Shown here in pieces: positions 10,491 to 16,626 of a stretch of 48,277 nt of DNA. A program made the translations under genes and the position numbers. Source of the DNA: an uncultured Planctomycetales bacterium (lineage in GTDB: Bacteria; Omnitrophota; Gorgyraeia; Gygaellales; Profunditerraquicolaceae). Each line of letters starts with the position of its first letter. Within the stretch, counting starts at the first letter, position 1. The notes under the pieces are model-generated. The model saw only the letters and a list, made by a program, of their open reading frames with translations. It ran no database searches and was not told where the DNA came from. The stretch lies in NCBI GenBank assembly GCA_964645795.1, contig CAZYCL010000005.1:124771-173047 (forward strand), written 5' to 3'.

Positions 10491-10678
10491 GCAAACAGTT
10501 TAGCGTAGAAGTTGAAGGCAAGACCGTAGAAGACGCTGTTAAAAAAGCTTTAAAGGAACTAAAGCTTCCTCGGAATAAAGTTAGAATTGAGATCCTGTCT
10601 GAAGAAGAAAAAGGTTTATTCGGCATGTCTGGCGCAAAGCCAGCCAAAGTCAGAGTTTCCTCAATTGACAACATTTAA
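10487..10678 (+). CDS. Stand-alone Jag/EloR N-terminal domain protein (63 aa)
   Basis: VEGKTVEDAVKKALKEL...IEILSEEEKGLFGMSGAKPAKVRV is the Jag_N pattern; stop codon comes before any KH or R3H domain. Confidence 0.85.
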   Translation: MSKQFSVEVEGKTVEDAVKKALKELKLPRNKVRIEILSEEEKGLFGMSGAKPAKVRVSSIDNI

Positions 10679-10683
10679 AAGGC

Positions 10684-10712
10684 TTGACAATTTCATAATG
10701 AACTTATAAAAT
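10684..10712 (+). promoter_or_regulatory. Sigma70-type promoter for parAB
   Basis: TTGACA-17 nt-TAAAAT. Confidence 0.7.
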
Positions 10713-10728
10713 ATGAGTAAATTCATGG

Positions 10729-10744
10729 ATTTCCACGTGGAACA
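10729..10744. promoter_or_regulatory. parS: parS-like centromere site
   Basis: ATTTCCACGTGGAACA versus consensus TGTTNCACGTGNAACA (2 terminal mismatches), 12-bp perfect palindromic core, immediately upstream of parA. Confidence 0.7.
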
Positions 10745-10766
10745 ATCCATAACTGTATAAGAATCA

Positions 10767-11555
10767 ATGGGTAAAATAATAGCCATTTGTAATCAGAAGG
10801 GCGGGACCGGCAAAACAACCTCTTCAATCAATATCGCTGCCTTTTTAGCCATGGCCGGCAAAAGGGCCTTATTGATCGATCTTGATCCTCAAGCTAACGC
10901 AACCAGCGGAGTAGGGATAAACAAGCACGACATTCAAAAAAGCACCTACCATGTTCTGCTCGAGGAGACGGAGATTAATGAAATTATCCAGAAGACCGCC
11001 ATTGAAAACTTATGGCTGGCACCCTCCAATCTGGATCTTACCGGAGCAGAAGTTGAGTTAGTCGGAGAGCTGGGTAGGGAGAACAGGCTAAAGAAAGCCC
11101 TGCAAAAAGAACGGGACAGCTTTGACTTTTTTATCATCGATTCACCGCCTTCATTAGGCCTGCTTACTATTAATGGGCTTTGTGCTGCCGATTCAGTGTT
11201 GATTCCTGTCCAATGTGAATATTATGCCCTTGAAGGATTAACGCAACTAACTAATACCATTAGACTTATAAAGGAAAATCTTAATCCTGATTTGCTTATA
11301 GAGGGCGTTCTTTTGACGATGGCTGACTTCCGGACCAACCTTACAAAAGAGGTAATTCAAGAAGCGCGGAATTTTTTTAAGGAAAAAGTCTACGCCACAG
11401 TTATTCCCAGAAATATCAGGCTTAGCGAGGCGCCCAGTTATGGCAAGCCCGTAGTTTTATACGACAAGGAGTCCTTGGGATCGCAGAAATACGAAGAGTT
11501 GGTAAGAGAGATGCTCGGTTTACCGCTTAAAGAAAACCAGGCAGCAGCCTCATAA
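10767..11555 (+). CDS. parA: Chromosome partitioning ATPase ParA/Soj
   Basis: NQKGGTGKTT, DLDPQAN, IDSPPSLG, PVQCEYYALEG, IPRNIRLSEAPSYG. Confidence 0.97.
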   Translation: MGKIIAICNQKGGTGKTTSSINIAAFLAMAGKRALLIDLDPQANATSGVGINKHDIQKSTYHVLLEETEINEIIQKTAIENLWLAPSNLDLTGAEVELVGELGRENRLKKALQKERDSFDFFIIDSPPSLGLLTINGLCAADSVLIPVQCEYYALEGLTQLTNTIRLIKENLNPDLLIEGVLLTMADFRTNLTKEVIQEARNFFKEKVYATVIPRNIRLSEAPSYGKPVVLYDKESLGSQKYEELVREMLGLPLKENQAAAS

Positions 11556-11566
11556 TGGGAGAAAAG

Positions 11567-12439
11567 ATGGAAAGAAGGGCATTGGGTAAAGGAATTGGGG
11601 CATTGATCCCTGAGCGTACGGATGTTTTCATTAAGCAGTCCGTTAATAAGCAAGAAGGGATTGTTTATGTCCAATCTGATAAGATCCGGCCTAACCCATA
11701 TCAACCCCGCGAGGAGTTTAAGCAGGAGAGCATTGAAGAGCTCGCGCAGTCGATAAGGGAAAAGGGGATCATTCAGCCCTTGCTTGTCAGGAGAAGGGGT
11801 GAGCATTATGAACTGATAGCCGGTGAGAGAAGATTCCGTGCCGCAAGCCTCCTTGGTTTAAAGGAGTTGCCCATAATCGTAAAAGATGCAAGCGATCAGG
11901 ATTCGCTGGAGCTGGCTTTGATAGAAAACATCCAGAGAGAGGAGTTGAATCCCATCGAAGAAGCGCACGCCTATCAATATCTTATCGATAAATTCAATCT
12001 CACTCAAGAGAAAATAAGCAACGCCACAGGCAAGGCCCGGACCACAATTGCCAACTGCTTGCGCATATTGAATTTACCCAGAGAGATAATCGAAGAGATA
12101 AAGAAGGACCGGTTATCTTTCGGACACGGCCGGGCGCTTCTCGAGATCGAAGACGAAAACCTTCAAAGAAGGCTGGCCCAGGAGGCGATCTCTAAAGGGC
12201 TTTCCGTCAGAGAATTGGAGAATCTCGTAAAGACCCGGCGCAGAAGGTTCACAAAAAGAAAAATAGGCCAGGGGATCCGAGAGCCGCTGGTTGCTGCCTT
12301 AGAGGAGGAGCTTCAACAGGTTTTGGCCACAAAAGTAAGGATATCTAAAAGAAAGAAGCGCGGCCACATCCTGATAGAGTTTTATTCGCAAGAAGACCTA
12401 GAACGCATCATCGGCATCTGCAGAGGAGGGAAGACTTGA
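11567..12439 (+). CDS. parB: Chromosome partitioning protein ParB/Spo0J
   Basis: RALGKGIGALI, NPYQPR, IAGERRFRA, ENIQREELNPIEEA; start at 11567 has a GGAG RBS (alternative 11555). Confidence 0.97.
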   Translation: MERRALGKGIGALIPERTDVFIKQSVNKQEGIVYVQSDKIRPNPYQPREEFKQESIEELAQSIREKGIIQPLLVRRRGEHYELIAGERRFRAASLLGLKELPIIVKDASDQDSLELALIENIQREELNPIEEAHAYQYLIDKFNLTQEKISNATGKARTTIANCLRILNLPREIIEEIKKDRLSFGHGRALLEIEDENLQRRLAQEAISKGLSVRELENLVKTRRRRFTKRKIGQGIREPLVAALEEELQQVLATKVRISKRKKRGHILIEFYSQEDLERIIGICRGGKT

Positions 12440-12951
12440 TGGTCCAGAACCAGGCAGCGCTTATATTGATCAAGCCCGACGGGCTGAAAAAATCCTTGAC
12501 CGGCAATATTCTTACCCGTCTTTCCGAGACAAAACTTGAGATTGTCGCGGCAAGGATGGTGAGGGTCACTCAGGTCCTGGCCGAAGAGCATTACAAACAC
12601 CTCAAGGAAAAGCCGTTTTTTGGCGACCTGATAAAATATATACGGGGAGAATTCCATGACCGGCGCAAAGTCATGGCCCTGGTCTATTGGGGCCCGCAAG
12701 CCATAACCAAATGCCGGGAGTTGGCCGGGGCGACCAATCCGGAGGAGGCCGAGTCCACGTCTATCCGCGGGTCTTACGGCAGGATAACCACCTCCGGGGT
12801 TTACGAAAACGTGATACATGTCTCTTCTAACGAATCCGAGGCGGAGAGGGAGATAAAATTATGGTTCAACCCCGATGAAATAATCGTGGATCTATATGGG
12901 ACCGAAGAGGTGACGGAAAAGGAGCTCAAGAGGAAGGTGTGGGCAAGATGA
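12439..12951 (+). CDS. ndk: Nucleoside diphosphate kinase
   Basis: ILIKPDG, GATNPEEA...SIRGSYG, ENVIHVS (phospho-His), EAEREIKLWF; TGATG overlap with parB. Confidence 0.9.
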   Translation: MVQNQAALILIKPDGLKKSLTGNILTRLSETKLEIVAARMVRVTQVLAEEHYKHLKEKPFFGDLIKYIRGEFHDRRKVMALVYWGPQAITKCRELAGATNPEEAESTSIRGSYGRITTSGVYENVIHVSSNESEAEREIKLWFNPDEIIVDLYGTEEVTEKELKRKVWAR

Positions 12952-13775
12952 CGCAGAGCATGACCGGGTTTGGCGCTTCGGTGAAGGAGTTCGCCGGTAC
13001 AGGCAAGATTGCGGTGGAGATCAGAAGCATAAACCACAAATTTTTAGAGACGGTTTTCCGCCTGCCGGAAGGATTCGTATTTTTGGAGGACAGGATCAAG
13101 AAAGAGATCGAATCCAAGATCAAGAGGGGGCGGGTCAGCTGCAGCGTCAGCCTCTTTGGGGCAAGATCCGGCAAGGTCTACATAAACCGGACGCTGCTTT
13201 CCGATTATCTGGCGGCCTTTAAGAAGATAAAAGAGCAGTTTCATGTATCAGAAGGCATCAGCCTGGATACGCTGGTAAAGCTTCCGGGAGTAATATCTTT
13301 AGAGGAGGGGGTTAGCGTCAAAGAATCAATCTGGCCGCGCCTGAGACCTTTGCTAAGACAGGCTATCCGCGAACTGGTAAAGACCAGGGCAAAAGAAGGC
13401 CGGGCCCTCCAGGTTTTTCTTAAGAAGCGGGCGGATAAGCTTATGGTAGACCTGGCAGCAATAAAAAAAAGGTTCAAGACCGCAGTGGAGACCGAGCTAG
13501 GCAATATCCAAACCGATGAGGCCAGGGCCGGGTTCCTAAGGGACTCCGATATCACCGAAGAGCTGGAAAGACTGGAGTTTCATGTGGGAAACTTCAGGCA
13601 GAAGCTGGAGGCAGCCGGTCCCGTAGGCAAAGAGCTGGATTTTATCGCTCAGGAGATGCAGCGTGAGGCTAACACCATGGGAGCCAAGTCATTTGATGTG
13701 CAGGTATCCGCGCGCGTCGTCCAGATAAAAAGCCAGATCGAAAAGATTCGGGAGCAGGCACAGAACATAGAGTGA
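12948..13775 (+). CDS. yicC: YicC/YloC family endoribonuclease
   Basis: SMTGFG, EIRSINHKFLE, DITEELERL, GKELDFIAQEMQREANTMGAKS, EKIREQAQNIE; precedes gmk. Confidence 0.93.
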   Translation: MTQSMTGFGASVKEFAGTGKIAVEIRSINHKFLETVFRLPEGFVFLEDRIKKEIESKIKRGRVSCSVSLFGARSGKVYINRTLLSDYLAAFKKIKEQFHVSEGISLDTLVKLPGVISLEEGVSVKESIWPRLRPLLRQAIRELVKTRAKEGRALQVFLKKRADKLMVDLAAIKKRFKTAVETELGNIQTDEARAGFLRDSDITEELERLEFHVGNFRQKLEAAGPVGKELDFIAQEMQREANTMGAKSFDVQVSARVVQIKSQIEKIREQAQNIE

Positions 13776-14371
13776 GCGGCGCCAAAACCAAAGGATTGAT
13801 ATTCGTCGTTTCCGGCCCCTCCGGGTCCGGCAAGACCACGCTGGTCAACAGGCTGTTAAAGGACCGGGACCTTAAAGGCAAGCTGAGGAGGTCCGTTTCT
13901 TTTACGACGCGGCCAAGGAGGCTGATAGAGAAAGAGGGCAGGGATTATTTTTTCATAAATAAGAGCGAATTCAGGCGCAATCTTAAGGCGAAAAAAATCC
14001 TTGAATGGACCAGGTATTTAGGCTATTATTACGCCACGCCCAGGGATTTTGTCGATAAACAGCTAAGCCTGGGCAAGAGCATTATCCTGTGCCTGGATAC
14101 TGTCGGCGCACGCAGGATCAAAGAGTTTTACCCCCGCGACTCACGGACGATTTTTATTAAACCCCCATCTTTAAACAGATTAAAACAGAGAATTGAGGGC
14201 CGCAGGGAAAAGAGCGGCGAGCGCGGTATCGGTAAAAGGCTGGGTTTGGCCAGGTCAGAGCTTTTGTTGTCAAAAAAATACGACTATTGTTTGGTAAACG
14301 ATGTTTTGGCGAAAGCCTCGGCCAGGCTGAAAGATGTCATTAAGAGCGAAATAAACAAGAGGATGAGGTAG
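13772..14371 (+). CDS. gmk: Guanylate kinase
   Basis: VVSGPSGSGKTT, SFTTRPRR...EGRDYFF, YYATP. Confidence 0.95.
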   Translation: MSGAKTKGLIFVVSGPSGSGKTTLVNRLLKDRDLKGKLRRSVSFTTRPRRLIEKEGRDYFFINKSEFRRNLKAKKILEWTRYLGYYYATPRDFVDKQLSLGKSIILCLDTVGARRIKEFYPRDSRTIFIKPPSLNRLKQRIEGRREKSGERGIGKRLGLARSELLLSKKYDYCLVNDVLAKASARLKDVIKSEINKRMR

Positions 14372-14373
14372 CT

Positions 14374-14583
14374 ATGGAATATGTGGTCACCGGGCAGTTG
14401 CTGGACAAGAGTTGCGACTCCGTTTACAAGCTGGTTATTCTGGCTTCAAAAAGGGCCTTGGAGATAGCCGAAGGCCAGCCGAAGTTGGTGCAGATGAGCT
14501 CTTCGGCCAAGCCCTCGACTATTGCCCTGCAGGAGGTCTCGCAAGGCAAGGTCTTTTGCAAGAAGGCAAAGCCCAAGGATTGA
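14374..14583 (+). CDS. rpoZ: RNA polymerase omega subunit
   Basis: SVYKLVILASKRALEI...KPSTIALQEV; gmk-rpoZ-coa synteny. Confidence 0.9.
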   Translation: MEYVVTGQLLDKSCDSVYKLVILASKRALEIAEGQPKLVQMSSSAKPSTIALQEVSQGKVFCKKAKPKD

Positions 14584-14609
14584 CCGATTTTAGGTCAGGG
14601 AGGGTTAGG

Positions 14610-15152
14610 GTGACGAGGGAGAAGAATGTTGTTTTGGGGGTCACGGCGAGCATAGCCATTTACAAGGCCTGTGAGATTGTGCGCCGGTTAAGAGAAAATG
14701 GGTTCTGCGTCAGGGTGGTCATGACCGAAGAAGCCTGCCAGCTTATCCGCCCGGTGGTCTTCCAAAGCCTTTCCGCAAACAAAGTTTACTGCGGGATGTT
14801 CGAGGAGCCGGGAAGCTGGGAGGTAGAACATATATCTTTGGCTGATAAGGCCGAGCTTGTTTTGATCGCGCCGGCAACCGCAAATATCATCGGGAAGCTT
14901 GCGGGCGGCATCTGCGATGACCTTTTGACTTGCGCTGTATGTGCGACCAGGGCCCAGGTGCTTATCTGTCCGGCGATGAACGAGAACATGTATAAGAATG
15001 ATATCGTCCAGGAGAACATCGCAAGGCTAAAGAAGCACGGTTACAGGTTTGTCGAGCCGAAGGTAGGAAATCTTGCATGCGGCAGGCGCGGGCCAGGGTG
15101 CCTGGCGGAAGTAGATACCATAGTAAAAGAAGCGCTAAGGCTCTTGAAATAA
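14610..15152 (+). CDS. coaC: Phosphopantothenoylcysteine decarboxylase (CoaC flavoprotein domain only)
   Basis: VLGVTASIAIYKA, HISLAD, APATANIIGK, DDLLTC, PAMNENM, LACGRRGPG; GTG start with GGGAGG RBS; no CoaB domain. Confidence 0.9.
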   Translation: MTREKNVVLGVTASIAIYKACEIVRRLRENGFCVRVVMTEEACQLIRPVVFQSLSANKVYCGMFEEPGSWEVEHISLADKAELVLIAPATANIIGKLAGGICDDLLTCAVCATRAQVLICPAMNENMYKNDIVQENIARLKKHGYRFVEPKVGNLACGRRGPGCLAEVDTIVKEALRLLK

Positions 15153-15154
15153 TT

Positions 15155-15226
15155 GGCGACGTAGCCAAGTGGTAAGGCAGCTCTCTGCAAAAGAGCTATT
15201 CAGCGGTTCAAGTCCGCTCGTCGCCT
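15155..15226 (+). tRNA. tRNA-Cys (GCA), CCA not encoded
   Basis: GGCGACG/CGTCGCC acceptor, anticodon stem GCTCT/AGAGC with loop CTGCAAA, T-loop TTCAAGT. Confidence 0.95.
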
Positions 15227-15228
15227 TA

Positions 15229-15334
15229 AATGAGGCCATAATACTTTGCCGGGCCCGGCAAAGTATTGTTGGGCCGAATTTCTCCCGAGCTTGCACTGAA
15301 CCGCCAACAGCGGTCAATGCGTATAAGCTCGGGA
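15229..15334. repeat. Second copy of the composite palindromic element (52-bp hairpin plus 52-bp TCCCG...CGGGA hairpin)
   Basis: Contains the perfect palindrome AATACTTTGCCGGGCCCGGCAAAGTATT; TCCCGAGCTT...AAGCTCGGGA at 15283-15334; homologous to 2962-3039. Confidence 0.8.
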
Positions 15335-15351
15335 CTCAATACTTAAATTCC

Positions 15352-15587
15352 GGGCGGTTAGTTCAATTTAAATTTTCCGACAAGGAAAATTTAAATTGAT
15401 CCTTTTCGAACGTCGTTTTGCGACAAGCAAAACAGTGAGAAAAGGATCTAATTGTTGGATAGCACAGAGGATTTCGGGCGGTTAGTTCAGCCCCTGCAGA
15501 AAGCGCAGGGGCTCCCGCGGATGCAAAAAGCGCATCCTTGGTCGTTGGTAAAAGGTGTTCACTACCCGCCAGCGACTAAAAGATTTC
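15352..15587 (+). pseudogene. Two aborted 5' copies of tRNA-Val, each followed by paired hairpins
   Basis: GGGCGGTTAGTTCA at 15352-15365 and GATTTCGGGCGGTTAGTTCAG at 15470-15490, the latter identical to 15582-15602 (leader plus nt 1-15 of tRNA-Val). Confidence 0.8.
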
Positions 15588-15664
15588 GGGCGGTTAGTTC
15601 AGTTGGTTAGAACGCCACATTGACATTGTGGAGGTCACAGGTTCGAGTCCTGTATCGCCCACCA
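15588..15664 (+). tRNA. tRNA-Val (GAC), CCA encoded
   Basis: Cloverleaf with anticodon stem CCACA/TGTGG, loop TTGACAT, T-loop TTCGAGT, 3' ACCA. Confidence 0.96.
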
Positions 15665-15688
15665 TAACAGCTCGTAAAGCGTTAGTCG

Positions 15689-15743
15689 GTTGCGTAGCGC
15701 GAAACGTAAGGCGTCTTGCGCTAAACGTTACGCGCTACGCAAC
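15689..15743. repeat. Long inverted repeat between tRNA-Val and tRNA-Leu
   Basis: 13-bp perfect arms GTTGCGTAGCGCG/CGCGCTACGCAAC, extended by AACGT/ACGTT after one mismatch. Confidence 0.75.
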
Positions 15744-15766
15744 GGATAAACGTAGCACGATAATCA

Positions 15767-15849
15767 GGGCAAGTGGTGGAATGGCATACACGACAGACTT
15801 AAAATCTGTTGATCGCAAGGTCTTGAGGGTTCGACTCCCTCCTTGCCCA
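15767..15849 (+). tRNA. tRNA-Leu (TAA), CCA not encoded
   Basis: GGGCAAG/CTTGCCC acceptor, anticodon stem ACAGA/TCTGT with loop CTTAAAA, long variable arm, T-loop TTCGACT. Confidence 0.95.
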
Positions 15850-15863
15850 ATGCTCTAAAAATT

Positions 15864-16613
15864 ATGATAAAAATATTTATATTAATGGTTTCTACCATTG
15901 TTTTATATACGTGCGTCTCTTTTGCCGAGACGGTTTATTTAAAAAACGGTAAGGCCATAAACGGCAGAATTCTCGAAACAACCGATAAATACGTCCGGAT
16001 CGAATTCGAGGGCGTGCCGCTCACTTATTATTTCAACGAGATCGAAAAGATAGAAGGCCTGAATGCCGCTTTGGTCCCGATGGCGCCGAGTGCCTCCGGA
16101 AAGCTTTATCGGGACAAGGAATACGGGTTTGAGCTCCGGGCGCCAAGAGGGTGGCATATTAGCAAGATTGCCCCCGGCACAGAAGGGACAAAGTTGGGAG
16201 GGGTCAAATTCACGAAAAACCCGGCAGACGAAGCGAACCCTTTTCCGATAATAGGGATAACCGTGGACGCCGTCGGGACCTCACCATACAATACCGGAAT
16301 CAACAGCGCCCTCGATTTTGCGAGGAAGATTTTTGAAGGCCAAAGAAGAATGGCCGCCAGCAAGGGCGGAAAATTTCAGGCGATAGAGGAGCCTCGCGAG
16401 ATAGAGATAGGCGGACAAAGGGCCGCGAGGTTCATCACTAAACTGATCTCCTCCAGCGGCAAAGCTATGTGCGTGGCAGCGTACAAGTTTAAACAGGCCG
16501 ATATAATAATCTCGGTTGCCGGGGTAGATGTGCCAGATACCTTTCAAGGCAGCCTAAGGGATTTTGAAGAGACGGCCAACAGTTTCAAGTTTACCGGGCC
16601 GGCAGGCAACTAG
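15864..16613 (+). CDS. Hypothetical exported protein (signal peptide, small beta-rich N-domain, possible PsbP-like C-domain)
   Basis: Hydrophobic N-terminus ending SFA-ETVYLKNG; YRDKEYGFELRAPRGW...FEETANSFKF pattern; the ORF-track start at 15843 overlaps tRNA-Leu. Confidence 0.7.
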   Translation: MIKIFILMVSTIVLYTCVSFAETVYLKNGKAINGRILETTDKYVRIEFEGVPLTYYFNEIEKIEGLNAALVPMAPSASGKLYRDKEYGFELRAPRGWHISKIAPGTEGTKLGGVKFTKNPADEANPFPIIGITVDAVGTSPYNTGINSALDFARKIFEGQRRMAASKGGKFQAIEEPREIEIGGQRAARFITKLISSSGKAMCVAAYKFKQADIIISVAGVDVPDTFQGSLRDFEETANSFKFTGPAGN

Positions 16614-16626
16614 GAAATAACCGACT

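Noticed and set aside
8741-12400. Apparently AT-richer yidD-parB segment as a horizontally acquired island
   Set aside because: The genes are canonical origin-linked core genes with no mobility signatures; the composition difference was judged by eye, not computed.
14412-14609. N-terminal extensions in the ORF track (coaC from 14412; also gyrA 2974, ymdB 37532, delta subunit 43582, vorB 43848)
   Set aside because: They overlap upstream genes or repeats; downstream starts have an RBS, coupling overlaps or family-typical N-termini.
15352-15602. CRISPR-like look: three short direct repeats with roughly 90-105 bp spacers
   Set aside because: The repeats are the tRNA-Val 5' end, the spacers are too long and are themselves hairpins, there are only three units, and no cas genes are present.
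15135-15858. ORFs at 15135-15317, 15169-15399 and 15628-15858
   Set aside because: They run through tRNA genes and palindromes, with no RBS or protein-like features.
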